The notes: a model not told the origin generated them from the letters alone. Positions 22,143 to 32,663 are shown, counted from the stretch's first letter. The stretch: DNA of 64,000 bases from Candidatus Hydrogenedentota bacterium (GCA_963745075.1 CAVUWV010000020.1:96001-160000); one strand, 5' to 3'. A program made the numbers and translations.

Positions 22143-22203
22143 CGGGCTTTCGTGACTGCAAATCCGCCACATCCAATTGCTCCGACCAAGTCACGAAAGC
22201 CCG
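22143..22203. repeat. perfect 15-bp inverted repeat with 31-nt spacer
   Basis: CGGGCTTTCGTGACT (22143-22157) and AGTCACGAAAGCCCG (22189-22203). Confidence 0.8.
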
Positions 22204-22331
22204 CTTCCTTTTGTTCGCGACAATCGGCACGGTTCGGCGCTGGCAGGGTTCGATTGCGGGACCATCGAGTGGCGATCGGCGGTGGGCGATGAGGCTCGCG
22301 AGGAATCGCGCCCCAGGAATCTGCGCGGGAA

Positions 22332-23720
22332 CTATTCGAGTCCGTACTTTCGAATCTTGTATTGCAGGGTCGTTCGTTTCAGTCCAAGGTGTTCGGCGGC
22401 CTTGGTCTTGTTCCAATGGAACCGATCGAGCGCCGCGGCAATCATCTGACTCTCCAGTTGGTCGGTGCGCTGGGCGAGCGACGCCGCCTCGGGGATCGTG
22501 CTCTGCGCCGGTTCCGGCTCTTCCTGCATGAAGAACATTTCCGGCGGGATCTCGGCGCGCGTGATCGTATCGCTTTCGGCAAGCACGACGGCCCGTTCCA
22601 GTACGTTTTCCAGTTCACGGACGTTGCCCGGCCACGGGTACCGCATGAAGAAGCTAAGCACGTCGTCCTCGACCGACGACACTTCTTTCCCCTGTTCCCG
22701 GCTGAACCGCTGCAAGAACAGATCGAGGAGCGCGGGTATGTCGTCGGGCCGATTGCGCAATGGCTCGACATTGAGCGAGAAAACGTTTAACCGGTAGTAG
22801 AAATCTTCCCGGAAAGTGCCGGCCAGAATCGCCTCGCGGAGATCCCGGTTCGTCGCAGCGACGATACGAACGTCAACCTTGACAGGCATCACCCCACCGA
22901 CGCGCTCGAACTCCCCTTCCTGCAAAACGCGTAACAGTTTGGTCTGGATATTCGGGTCGATCTCGCCGACCTCGTCCAGGAAAAGAGTGCCGGTATGGGC
23001 CCGTTCGAAGCGCCCGATACGCTGCCGATCCGCGCCGGTGAACGCACCGCGCTCGTGTCCGAACAGTTCACTTTCAAGAACGCCCGGCGCCAGCGCGGCG
23101 CAGTTCAGCGCGACGAAGGGAAGGTCTTTTCGTGGGCTGGCGTCATGAATGGCCCGCGCCACCAATTCCTTCCCGGTGCCGCTGGGCCCGGTAATCAGGA
23201 CCGAACTCCGGCTGGGCCCGATCTTCTGAATCATCTTCAGCAATTGACGGGTCTGGCCACTGTCGCCGACCATGCGACGTTCGTCCGGACCACCGACGTG
23301 ACGTTTCTGCGGCCGGGGACTACCCGTGATCTTTTCCACCTTCAGCTCGATTTCTTTGAGCTTGAAAGGCTTCGCAATGAAGTCGCGCGCCCCGAGCCGC
23401 ATGGCTTCCACGGCGGTTTCGATGGTTCCGTAGGCCGTCAACATGATGACCGGGCTGTCAAAGGCCGACGCGCGGGCAGCGCGGAGCACAGCGATCCCGT
23501 CCTTCTCGGGCATTTTCAAGTCCGTGATGACGACATCGAAAGCTTGTTTTTCGAGGAGTTCGATCGCCTTGGCGCCGTTCGACACCGCCGTAACGGTGAA
23601 CTTGTCTTTGAACGCCTCCGAGAGAATGTCGCGGATGCCGGCTTCGTCGTCGACAACCAGCATAATCGGTTTTTGTGACTGCGATTCCACGCCAACCTTT
23701 CCTCGGTTTCCCATTGCCAT
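22332..23720 (-). CDS. sigma-54-dependent response regulator (NtrC family)
   Basis: REC domain (VVDDE, TDLKMP), GPSGTGKE, ESELFGHERGAFTGA, WPGNVREL, Fis-type HTH. Confidence 0.95.
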   Translation of the reverse strand: MAMGNRGKVGVESQSQKPIMLVVDDEAGIRDILSEAFKDKFTVTAVSNGAKAIELLEKQAFDVVITDLKMPEKDGIAVLRAARASAFDSPVIMLTAYGTIETAVEAMRLGARDFIAKPFKLKEIELKVEKITGSPRPQKRHVGGPDERRMVGDSGQTRQLLKMIQKIGPSRSSVLITGPSGTGKELVARAIHDASPRKDLPFVALNCAALAPGVLESELFGHERGAFTGADRQRIGRFERAHTGTLFLDEVGEIDPNIQTKLLRVLQEGEFERVGGVMPVKVDVRIVAATNRDLREAILAGTFREDFYYRLNVFSLNVEPLRNRPDDIPALLDLFLQRFSREQGKEVSSVEDDVLSFFMRYPWPGNVRELENVLERAVVLAESDTITRAEIPPEMFFMQEEPEPAQSTIPEAASLAQRTDQLESQMIAAALDRFHWNKTKAAEHLGLKRTTLQYKIRKYGLE

Positions 23721-23815
23721 TCAAGACTCTACCACCCGCCAGCAAGAGCGTCAAACCGCCCCGCCAATCTGGCCGTTGGGTACGATCACTATCGTCGAAT
23801 AGATTCTTGAAGGCG

Positions 23816-24136
23816 TCAAGCATTCTCTCCGTCCGATGCGCCGCCGCCATCGCCGAAGAGTGCGTCCAGTTTCTCTCGGGCCGAGGACGCTTCACCCTGG
23901 TCTTGCGCGTCGGACTGAGCGTCGCGAAACACAAACTCGTCGCAGAAGTTCGCGCCCGCCTTGTCGCCTACCCAATCTGTCGTCGGAATGGCGCACTGAT
24001 TGTGCAGCTTGGGCTCGTAGAATCGGCAGTTCAGACAGCAGTGCAAGTACGCGGAGCACTTCTCGCAATACTCCTTGACGCCGGGTGTCTTCTTCTCGCT
24101 CACCCACGGTTGCCCGCAACGGTGACACAATCTCAT
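23816..24136 (-). CDS. small Cys-rich putative zinc-binding protein
   Basis: CHRC..CEKC..LHCCLNCRFY..C..ANFCDEF..AREKLDALFG. Confidence 0.75.
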   Translation of the reverse strand: MRLCHRCGQPWVSEKKTPGVKEYCEKCSAYLHCCLNCRFYEPKLHNQCAIPTTDWVGDKAGANFCDEFVFRDAQSDAQDQGEASSAREKLDALFGDGGGASDGENA

Positions 24137-24317
24137 CGCGGTGCCCTCCCCCGCCATTGCAAATCCGGACCTCGTCAAAGCCTATGACGGGGACGGCTCC
24201 CCTGTCAACGCCCTCCCTCGTGCGGCATTTCATCGCATCCGGATTCCGGTGCTTGGACTGTGCCGTCCAATCGGATAGAATAAGGCCTTGGACCAACCTG
24301 AAAAGACGGAGGGGTAG

Positions 24318-24572
24318 ATGGTCGATCCCGAACTGCTCAGCATCCTGGTATGCCCCGAAAACAAGACGCCGGTGGCCGAGGCAGACGCCGATCTGCTGGC
24401 CAAGGCCAACGCCGCCATCGAGGCCGGTACCTTGAAGAACCGCGCCGGCGAGAAAGTCGAAGAGCGAATCGACGGCGGGCTGATCCGGGAAGACCGGCAA
24501 TTCATGTATCCGGTGCGTGACGATATTCCCATCATGCTCATCGACGAGGCGATACCCCTCGACCAATTGTAG
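24318..24572 (+). CDS. Trm112-like protein
   Basis: LLSILVCPE...YPVRDDIPIMLIDEAI; RBS GGAGG. Confidence 0.88.
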   Translation: MVDPELLSILVCPENKTPVAEADADLLAKANAAIEAGTLKNRAGEKVEERIDGGLIREDRQFMYPVRDDIPIMLIDEAIPLDQL

Positions 24573-24611
24573 GGAGCGGCGACGCGTCCGGCAAGGAGAA
24601 GCGTTGTCCCG

Positions 24612-25249
24612 CTACCGTACGACGCGGCGGCGCGAAGACCTTCCAGCTTCGCAATGAATGCGGTCGCGCGCTCTTGCATTTCCGAGGCCAAATCGTCCGC
24701 CCGGCGGCTGAACCAACTATATCCCGCGACCGCGGGTATGGCCACGCACAGCCCCGTCACCGTCGTCACGAGCGCTTTGGATATTCCTTCGGAGAGTACC
24801 TGTGGATTTCCCAGCCCTTGCGATGTAATCGCGTTGAATACGGCGATCATGCCCAGCACCGTTCCCAGCAATCCGAGCAAAGGGCTCACGCCGGCGATGA
24901 TTTCCAGGAGCGTGAGACCCCGTTCCAGGGTATTCATCTGATTGCGGCCGGTGGCGTGCATTCCTTCGACGATCTGGGTGTGGTCGAGATGGCGGGATTT
25001 GATGATCTCCTCGATGATTCGGGCGAAGGGGCCGCGCGCGCGGCGGCATGTCTGAATCGCCTCATCGTCGGCAGTGCTGCCCGAATACTGCTCGACCAGG
25101 CGGAGAATGGCCGGGTCGATAACGGAGGTCCGGCGCAGCGCGATGGCGCGTTCGATGATTATGGCCAGTCCCAGCAGGGAACAAATCCCCAGTGGAACCA
25201 TGGTCCACCCCCCTTGTTGAATCATGTGAAACGTCTCAAACACCGGCAT
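24612..25249 (-). CDS. MotA/TolQ/ExbB proton channel protein (3' end uncertain)
   Basis: GGWTMVPL, SPLLGLLGTVLGMI, GISKALVTT..GL.VAIPA. As sequenced the frame runs to 24230 across the Trm112 gene; the natural end is probably near the TAG at 24612-24614. Confidence 0.8.
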
Positions 25250-25328
25250 ACACTCCCGTGATTACCCATCCCGCCCGTTCCCAACGCAGCGACTACAAAT
25301 GAACGCGTAGACTACCCGTGCGGGGCGC

Positions 25329-26249
25329 CTAAAGAAAACTAAACGTCCATCGAATTTCCAGATTCTTGTCGCGATACACCTCGGGCACCTTGAAGGGAAA
25401 CGGCGGAAAGGGCCCCGCCTCCTCGATCGCCTCTTTACACAACCCTGCGTAGGAAGCGCTGTCGCCGGCTTCAACCACGTGGACGTGCACCAGCCGCCCA
25501 CTCGAGTCTATCGCACAGTCGACGACGGCCTTCGTGGTCGATGAACCGGAATAGCGGAGCTGAATCAGCGCCTTCCAGCGGCGCTCCACACGATTTCGCA
25601 CCTCCCGAAGATACGGGGCGAAGTCGCTTTCCATAGCCTCGAAGCTTAAGAACCCCTCTCCTTTCACGCCGCCATCCACGCGGCCGCGCGTCTGCCCTTC
25701 CTCGGCGGGCGCGTCGCTGGGTTCGGCCTTGGCCATCTGGATCCGCTCCGGCTCCGTTTGCTCCGGCGCCGCCTCCGGCTTGGGAGGGGACGGCTCCTTG
25801 ATCGCCTGCACCGCCTGTTTCGGCGGCGTTGGCTTGTCCGGCTCAGGTTCTAAGACCCTGTTTTGCGGAGCGGGTTGGCGAGGTTGATCGGCGGGGGCCG
25901 GAGGCTTTGGGGACGGTTTTGGCGTCCGCATCTCGTCGGATTCCGACGGGGTCGGCACGTAGGGGGCCGGTCGCGTACCTTCCACGTCCGACTGGTCTTG
26001 CGCCTTCGAGGCGCGCTCGGAAATAAGGTCCGTCGCCGGATTGACCGGCGTGTCGGCCGGTGCGCCACTTTCGATCAGACGCTGGGGTTTGTCGGGCTCC
26101 TTGAAGGTCAGGACCAGCGGCTGCTCGTCGACGGTCGCCGCGCCGATACCCGTGGTGTTTTTGGGGCATCCCGACGGAGCGGCAAGGAGCACAAGATGGA
26201 CGACAAGGGCCGCCATCACACATCGCATCATCCGCTTTCGATATTCCAT
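25329..26249 (-). CDS. TonB/TolA-like energy transducer
   Basis: N-terminal TM with His (ALVVHL), Pro-rich linker, C-terminal YLREVRNRVERRW...AGPFPPFP. Confidence 0.8.
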   Translation of the reverse strand: MEYRKRMMRCVMAALVVHLVLLAAPSGCPKNTTGIGAATVDEQPLVLTFKEPDKPQRLIESGAPADTPVNPATDLISERASKAQDQSDVEGTRPAPYVPTPSESDEMRTPKPSPKPPAPADQPRQPAPQNRVLEPEPDKPTPPKQAVQAIKEPSPPKPEAAPEQTEPERIQMAKAEPSDAPAEEGQTRGRVDGGVKGEGFLSFEAMESDFAPYLREVRNRVERRWKALIQLRYSGSSTTKAVVDCAIDSSGRLVHVHVVEAGDSASYAGLCKEAIEEAGPFPPFPFKVPEVYRDKNLEIRWTFSFL

Positions 26250-26425
26250 ACTCGTGCACCTGCTGGTTCCCCGCCATTGTATCAAATGGAACTGGAGGAC
26301 CCCATCGTACAAGCGTGCCTTGTCAGAAGGTAATTCGTTGGATATACTTCTGGTCTATGTTTGTTCATCCAGGTTTATTGTCATGTGGGAGGGGGCTGTA
26401 AATGCGCCATGGGGCCAGCCTGATT

Positions 26426-28234
26426 ATGGCTCTCGAAGGCTTGAGTAAGCCCGCATACCGCATTGCGCGCGAGCTTACGCTGAACAGCCGCTCCGGGCTC
26501 ACTGTGCGATTTCTCTCGAAGAAGCTGGAACTTCCCGAAGAAGAGATCGAATACATCATCGACATCAACCACAAGCTCTTCTTCACCGACCTTACGAAGG
26601 TTAAGCTCGTCGCCGAGGGCGCGACCGCCGCCAAGCGCATCGCGGACGGACTCGAGAATCGCGGTGATATCCCATCTCTGTTCAAAGGCGTGAAGACCCT
26701 GAATCCTCACGAATTCCGGCGGCTTGAAGATCAAATCGGCATCGAGAAACCCGGCGGGAAGAAAGCGGCCGCGGAGGAATTGATTGCCCGCTGCTATACC
26801 CGCCCCGATGCCATCGTCGAGTATGTGGCGACCCGTGGATTCTCGTCGCGCGCCCAGGAGGTATTCGACTTCGTCTGGCAATATGACGGCGGTGTTGTTC
26901 CGGCCGCCACCATTCGTGCGAATTTCGGTGAATCGGATTATGAGATCGAACAGGCGATGCTGGAGCTGTTTCAAGGGTTTGCCCTGTTCGAGATGTTCCG
27001 GTTCGACTCCGAGGATCGTCTGGTGCGAGTGGTGGGACTCCTCTCGGAGTTACGCCAATGGCGCGAAGCGACGAACATACAACGACGAAAGAACTCCGTC
27101 CTCAAGGCGGTTCGTGGCAAACCGGATCAGTCCGATTGTCGAGGATTGGATTTTTCGGAACGTATCTGCCGGCTGGTAGCGGCTATAGCGGCCAAGCCGG
27201 CGCGGCTGCGGGGCGACGGCGACCTCTTCCGCGAAGACCGCCGCCGACTCGGCGAACTTTGTTCGGAAGAAGACGATCCGTCTTTGCAGACGTGTTTGTG
27301 GGTAGCACAGGGCGTGGGATGGATCGCCCGCGTGGACAACGAACTGCGCGCCGGAGAATTGGAGTCGCTCATCGAGATGGACCGCATCAGCCGGCACCGC
27401 ATCATCTTCGATTGGCTGACGCAAACCGGCAACGAATCGGCCTCCCGGCGCGTCCTGTCAGGATTGCTGGACGAAGTAAAGACGGAATCGTGGTATCCGA
27501 TTACGGATTTCATCGAACACGCCATGCGGCTCGGCTCCGAGACGGAACAGCCGCTTCTCAAGAATGCCGGGGGCCACTGGCATTACGTGAGCCCTTCGGC
27601 CGCCAGTTCGGAACGGGGGCTGGCCCGCTCACTCGAGGAATCGTTTCTCTGGCTTGGCCTGGTCGACCGCGCCGAGGGCAATGGGAAGGGACTTTTCTCC
27701 ATAACGGCACTTGGTGAGAGTTTCATGCGTGGCGGGAAGCCGGACAAGCTGAAGAAGCGCTTTCCCTCGCGGCACGCGAAGATCATCGTTCAGCCCAATT
27801 TCGATATCGTGGTGCCCACGCAAGACGTTGATCCGCTATTGACGGTGCCTTTGGACCAGTTCTGCGTGCGCGGGAGCACCGGCAGCGCAACGGTGTATGC
27901 GCTCACCAAAGATTCGTTTACCAAGGCCGTGCAAGAGGGTCATGATGGGGATGGATTCGTTCAATTCCTGCTCGATCACAACCGGGGCGACGCCCTGCCT
28001 GCGAACGTCTTGACCACGCTGGAAGATTGGCGCGGCGGCATGAAGCGCGTTCGTTTGCGCACCCTGCACATCCTGGAATCGGACGACCCCTTAGTAATGG
28101 CCGATCTGTTGCACCGCCGGCGGTTCAACAAGCATTTTGAATCCGTCGACCCGCGCCGGGTCGTGGCGTTTTCCAAGATCTCGAAAAGCGAACTGGCGAA
28201 AGAGTTAGAGAAAGAAGGGTTCGTCGTTCACTAG
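26426..28234 (+). CDS. helicase-associated (Helicase_C_3 / XPB N-terminal-like) domain protein
   Basis: C-terminal IIVQPNFDIVV...YALTKDS..KAV..G...LPANV...L.DW; no Walker motifs seen. Confidence 0.7.
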   Translation: MALEGLSKPAYRIARELTLNSRSGLTVRFLSKKLELPEEEIEYIIDINHKLFFTDLTKVKLVAEGATAAKRIADGLENRGDIPSLFKGVKTLNPHEFRRLEDQIGIEKPGGKKAAAEELIARCYTRPDAIVEYVATRGFSSRAQEVFDFVWQYDGGVVPAATIRANFGESDYEIEQAMLELFQGFALFEMFRFDSEDRLVRVVGLLSELRQWREATNIQRRKNSVLKAVRGKPDQSDCRGLDFSERICRLVAAIAAKPARLRGDGDLFREDRRRLGELCSEEDDPSLQTCLWVAQGVGWIARVDNELRAGELESLIEMDRISRHRIIFDWLTQTGNESASRRVLSGLLDEVKTESWYPITDFIEHAMRLGSETEQPLLKNAGGHWHYVSPSAASSERGLARSLEESFLWLGLVDRAEGNGKGLFSITALGESFMRGGKPDKLKKRFPSRHAKIIVQPNFDIVVPTQDVDPLLTVPLDQFCVRGSTGSATVYALTKDSFTKAVQEGHDGDGFVQFLLDHNRGDALPANVLTTLEDWRGGMKRVRLRTLHILESDDPLVMADLLHRRRFNKHFESVDPRRVVAFSKISKSELAKELEKEGFVVH

Positions 28235-28363
28235 TCCGCATTTCTCATCGCCCAAGCGCTGTGGTCTCGCGGCAATCCCACGTGCGAGAGACCTGCCGTC
28301 CCAGCGACATTGCATAATCGGTTCCCCGCTCTCTATGATGGGCGCAATCAAGAGGGTACCGAA

Positions 28364-29470
28364 GTGCAAGAATCCGTGGGCCTTGTCGACTGGAATTCGC
28401 CCAGCAACCAGACCCTGATTGGGGTCGCGCTTGCTTTTGTCGCGCTATTCGCTGGCGCTCTCGTCATGGAATTGCTTCGTCAGCGGCGCCAGCGGCGGCA
28501 GCGGGCGGCCGCGACTTGGAAGACCGTTGAATCCGTCGAAACGGAGAAGGGGTTTTCTGCTGAGGAACGGCGCGTATTAGGGGCCATGATCCGGCGATGG
28601 GCGCCGGACGACCCGCTGGGCGTCATCACCGTTCGGCATCAGTTTGGTGCTTGTGTTGAAAACGAGATTGAAGCGCTCCGGCGGGGCGGCAACGAACAAC
28701 AGTTTGAGGCGATGGGAACTTTACTGCACGACATACGAAGCCGGCTCGCACTCGATTTCGTCCCGCTCGGCCAACGAATCTATTCCACGCGCGAGCTGTT
28801 CCAGGGGCAGGAAGTCTGGCTCACCCGCGAAGCCGACAAGCCACCCCAATGGATTCGCGGTCTGACCGCCCTGTCCAATGAAGCCGTCTTTCGCGTGGCG
28901 CCGCGGGATTTTCTGGAGTCGAGCCGCGCCGTGTTTCGCCCCGGCGACCGGTTCCGGTTCCGTCTCTTTCGGGATGAGGACGCGCGGTACGCGTTTGCCA
29001 CGGAATTTGTCCGGCGGGATAAAGAGCCTCCCGATTTGGTGTTTCTCCACACGTCCGATCTGGACCGCATTCAATCGCGCGAGCATTTCCGAGTCCGGCA
29101 CGAGCAAACCACCAATGTGGGGGTAATGAACGCCCCCCTGGATACGGCGTCGCCCGCGACTCGCGATCGCCGGATTGTCACACGGTTGCGCGGCCAGATC
29201 ACGAACATCAGCGCAGGGGGATTTGCGGTCATCGTGCCGCAAGCCGTTCCCGCGCAAGTATTGATTCGTGTGACTTTGGATTTGGAGTTGGAGGCGACGG
29301 AACCGTTCGACGTTGACGCCCGAATTGTCGGCACAACCTCACTGCCGGGCGGGCGCTGCCTCATCCGCGCCGCGTTCTACGAAGTGGACGCGGAAAAGGA
29401 GGAGATCGTTGCCCGATACGTCGCCCATCGCCAGCAGTCACACGCCGACGCCGGTGGAATGACGGAGTAA
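28364..29470 (+). CDS. membrane-anchored PilZ-domain (YcgR-like) protein
   Basis: N-terminal TM; QSREHFRV (RxxxR) and NISAGG (N/DxSxxG). Confidence 0.8.
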   Translation: MQESVGLVDWNSPSNQTLIGVALAFVALFAGALVMELLRQRRQRRQRAAATWKTVESVETEKGFSAEERRVLGAMIRRWAPDDPLGVITVRHQFGACVENEIEALRRGGNEQQFEAMGTLLHDIRSRLALDFVPLGQRIYSTRELFQGQEVWLTREADKPPQWIRGLTALSNEAVFRVAPRDFLESSRAVFRPGDRFRFRLFRDEDARYAFATEFVRRDKEPPDLVFLHTSDLDRIQSREHFRVRHEQTTNVGVMNAPLDTASPATRDRRIVTRLRGQITNISAGGFAVIVPQAVPAQVLIRVTLDLELEATEPFDVDARIVGTTSLPGGRCLIRAAFYEVDAEKEEIVARYVAHRQQSHADAGGMTE

Positions 29471-29476
29471 CGCGCC

Positions 29477-30226
29477 GTGCAATACGTTCGAGAAGCGGCG
29501 CAGGCCGTGCAACGGAATCTGACTTCCTTCCTCCTATACGCGGCCATTCTGGGCGTACTGGACATCTTGACGATCCTCGCATTGGCCCCGTTTGAGCCCG
29601 GTAAAGGCGAACCCGTGACGCTCACGTTCCGATTGCTGGATGTGGGCCAGCTTCTGGTCGCTGTCCATGTCGGCGCGTTCGCACAAACCGTAGTGTTTTC
29701 CCGTCTCGGGCGCGATATTGACCGGCCCTTGTGGAAGGTTCGCACGGATGGCGAGGCGTTGAAGCGGTTTTTCATGATGTGGGCGCTCATCAACCTCACT
29801 GCGTACGGTTTATACCGCCTTGCCGCGATGGATTTCGGGGACGGCGACGTCACGGTCATCAACTATCTGCTGCTCTTTACCGGTTTGGCCGCCCTCCTTG
29901 TCAGCATTCCGTTCGGCGCATGCATCATGTTTACCGGCCGGGTCAGCTCGCGAACCATTGGGGAAAGCCTCGCTCCGCTCACGCGTCAGCCCGGAAGAAC
30001 TTCCGTGATCTTCGCCATCGTGCTCGTGCAACTCATCCTCTTTGACGTGACCCGGCAGTTGCTCGTGTCCGGCGGTGACGCGGGACCTTCGCTTCTCGCC
30101 CGAATCGGAGTCGGTCTCACCTCGGACATTCTGCAAACCTATTTGGACTGTCTGGTGTTCGCAGCGACGTGGCAACTCTGCATGGTCGATCGCGACACGG
30201 TCGACGAGATTGACATTGACTTCTGA
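29477..30226 (+). CDS. hypothetical integral membrane protein
   Basis: About 6 hydrophobic segments; follows the PilZ gene by 6 nt; RBS GGAG. Confidence 0.7.
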   Translation: MQYVREAAQAVQRNLTSFLLYAAILGVLDILTILALAPFEPGKGEPVTLTFRLLDVGQLLVAVHVGAFAQTVVFSRLGRDIDRPLWKVRTDGEALKRFFMMWALINLTAYGLYRLAAMDFGDGDVTVINYLLLFTGLAALLVSIPFGACIMFTGRVSSRTIGESLAPLTRQPGRTSVIFAIVLVQLILFDVTRQLLVSGGDAGPSLLARIGVGLTSDILQTYLDCLVFAATWQLCMVDRDTVDEIDIDF

Positions 30227-30290
30227 CCCCATTCCGGCGCTACACCGAAGTTTCCGTCTCACGGGCAGGTGTTTGAGGATTCGGTGAGAT

Positions 30291-30836
30291 ATGCAACGTA
30301 GAACGAAAACCGGATGCTTCTTCGCGGCGTTCTTTGCCATCATCTTGTTCTTCAGCGGTGTCATGAGCTTTTGGATCGTCTCCATCGCGACCCCGGAAGA
30401 TTCTCCCCGGGCCCGCATGTTTCGCACGGAAGCCGACCTTCGCGCACTGAAAACGGCCATCGAGACCTATCATAACGAGTACGGCGCCTATCCGCCCGGA
30501 GGCCCGAAAGGATTGCAAAAGGCAATCAACTTTCTGTCCCGGCACGTTAACTATCTTCCTGACGGCGGCCCCGGAGACGCGTGGGGCAACCCGTTTCACT
30601 ATGTGCCCGCCTCCCAATACGATTTGCCCGATTCCGGCGCATTACGCGGGGACCATGGCTGGTACGCCCCCGACACCTACCAACTGTACTCGCCGGGTAT
30701 GGACGGGTATCCGGGATTTGAAGAAACGCTGAAGCAGCGCGACAATATCACGAGTTGGGACGAGAACCGGAGTTGGCGGGACCTGTACTCGCAACGCCAG
30801 AGAAAGTACTTGCTCGAAATGGGTCGTAAGCAGTAA
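30291..30836 (+). CDS. type II secretion GspG-like pseudopilin-domain protein
   Basis: TM then L.ALKTAIETY..EYGAYP, DAWGNPFHY, LYSPGMDG, DNITSW; no canonical prepilin GF..E site. Confidence 0.7.
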   Translation: MQRRTKTGCFFAAFFAIILFFSGVMSFWIVSIATPEDSPRARMFRTEADLRALKTAIETYHNEYGAYPPGGPKGLQKAINFLSRHVNYLPDGGPGDAWGNPFHYVPASQYDLPDSGALRGDHGWYAPDTYQLYSPGMDGYPGFEETLKQRDNITSWDENRSWRDLYSQRQRKYLLEMGRKQ

Positions 30837-30866
30837 CCGGCGGATATCTCTCTTTCGGAGTTCCCC

Positions 30867-32150
30867 ATGCGCATTGAAATGCCATATGGCAATACGTTGA
30901 TGCAGGGGAAAGCTCCCTGGTTGGCGAATCTGGAATCGCTCGACATCGCAGACGTGCCGGCGCTTGCGGACCGCGACGTTTCCATCGCTCACGCCATCGA
31001 GTCCCCCATCGGCCTGGACCGAAACGTGTATGAGATCGTTCAGCCCGGTGAGCAAATTGCCATTATCGTCTCCGACTCCTTCCGGAAAACGGCGGTGGAT
31101 CAGGTACTACCCGTGCTGTTGGATGGACTGCGCCGCCGCGGCATACCAAACACCGACATCCGCTTTGTCTTTGCCAGCGGCACCCACCGGCCTCCGACTC
31201 CAGACGAACAGGCGGAAATCCTGGGCGTCACAATCTACAAGCAGTTCAAAGACCGCGCCTTCACGCACGACCCCCATGACCGGGCGAACCTCGTGACGGT
31301 GGGAACGACGCGTCGCGGCACCGTCGTGGAAGTCAATCGAACGGCGTGGGAATGCGACCGGCTTATCGCAACGGGCGCGGTGGTTATGCATTACTTCGGA
31401 GGATTCGGAGGTGGGCGAAAATCGATCGTGCCCGGCATCAGTTCCGCACGCACCATCGCGCAGAACCACGCCATGAACCTCGACCCCGATACGGATGACC
31501 TCAATCCGGCAGTTCAAATAGCGGCCATGGACGGCAATCCGGTCGCGGAAGATATGCTGGAAGCGACCCGGCTGGCCGGGGTGGACTACATCATCAATAC
31601 CGTCTTGAATCGTCATGGCAAAATCGCACGGGTTTTCGCCGGGGAACTCGAAGCGGCCCATCGCGCGGCGGCTGCCTTCGCGCGCTCGGTCTACGCCGTT
31701 CACCTGGCACACCGCGCAGACTTGGTCGTCGCCGCGTCCCCACACACCCGCAATTTCGTCCAAACCCACAAAGCGTTGTACAACGCATTTCAAGCGATGC
31801 GGCCGGGCGGCCGCATCATTCTCCTGGCTCCGTGTGCCGAAGGACTGGGTGGGGACCAATTCGTGAAGTGGCTCCGGCTCGGATCGAGAAGTGCCGTGAT
31901 TGCCGGGCTGCGGCGGGAAAGCGAAATCAACGGCCAGACCGCTCTCTCAACGTTGGAAAAAGCACCCAGCGCGTTTATGGTTACGGAGTTGCAGCCAGAG
32001 GAGGTCCACTGCTTGGGGGCACGCAAGGCAACTGACCTACAGAACGCGCTCCAATTGGCAGAAAATGAACTCGCGGCATCGAGGCGCCGTGACTGCTATC
32101 TGATGCCTTCCGCGGCCTACACAGTGCCTTTCGACCGCGAACGCGTGTGA
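30867..32150 (+). CDS. LarA-family nickel-pincer racemase/epimerase
   Basis: IIVSD, ASGTHR, HYFGGFGGGRKSIVPG, NH, QTHK, CAEGLG. Confidence 0.8.
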   Translation: MRIEMPYGNTLMQGKAPWLANLESLDIADVPALADRDVSIAHAIESPIGLDRNVYEIVQPGEQIAIIVSDSFRKTAVDQVLPVLLDGLRRRGIPNTDIRFVFASGTHRPPTPDEQAEILGVTIYKQFKDRAFTHDPHDRANLVTVGTTRRGTVVEVNRTAWECDRLIATGAVVMHYFGGFGGGRKSIVPGISSARTIAQNHAMNLDPDTDDLNPAVQIAAMDGNPVAEDMLEATRLAGVDYIINTVLNRHGKIARVFAGELEAAHRAAAAFARSVYAVHLAHRADLVVAASPHTRNFVQTHKALYNAFQAMRPGGRIILLAPCAEGLGGDQFVKWLRLGSRSAVIAGLRRESEINGQTALSTLEKAPSAFMVTELQPEEVHCLGARKATDLQNALQLAENELAASRRRDCYLMPSAAYTVPFDRERV

Positions 32151-32180
32151 GAAAAAGAATTGCCGACCCAGGCCGACGGA

Positions 32181-32372
32181 TTACTGCACCTTGCGTGCAG
32201 ATCCAGGCGATTCGATTTGCCGCACGGACCGTACCACCCGCACCTTCCAAACCAGTCCGTCGTTCCGCATTGTTCCGACCCAGCCGCTTTCCAGCAACTC
32301 GCGCAGGCGCGCTTCTCCGGCGAATTCATCCCGAAACCACAGCGTCATCTCCTGCAAACCGGCCGAACTCAT
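32181..32372 (-). CDS. small hypothetical protein (63 aa)
   Basis: GAGGT RBS then ATG at 32372: MSSAGLQEMTLWFRDEFAGEARLRELLESGWVG...; downstream of a sigma-54 motif. Confidence 0.4.
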   Translation of the reverse strand: MSSAGLQEMTLWFRDEFAGEARLRELLESGWVGTMRNDGLVWKVRVVRSVRQIESPGSARKVQ

Positions 32373-32647
32373 AAGGATACCTCGTTTCTCACACCTGCGA
32401 GCAGCATCCCAGGAACTTTGAAGTCGACAACCAACCTCGAACATGAACGAATTGGCGTTCGCACCGTCCCCGACGACGCAAAACATTGCAACCCACAAAA
32501 TCTCGCGACGGTTTCCCTGCACGCAGATTCAACTGCAAGAAATACAGGAGGCACGATCAGATCCTCGTGAAGAGAAACCTGACCGCGCCTCCCCTCATTC
32601 AGACCCCCTTAAAAGAGTCCTGCCTGAGGATTGGGTAGCTTATAACA

Positions 32648-32663
32648 AGCAACCAATATGCCA
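32648..32663 (-). promoter_or_regulatory. sigma-54 (-24/-12) promoter
   Basis: Minus strand TGGCATATTGGTTGCT, near-consensus, in an AT-rich intergenic region. Confidence 0.65.
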
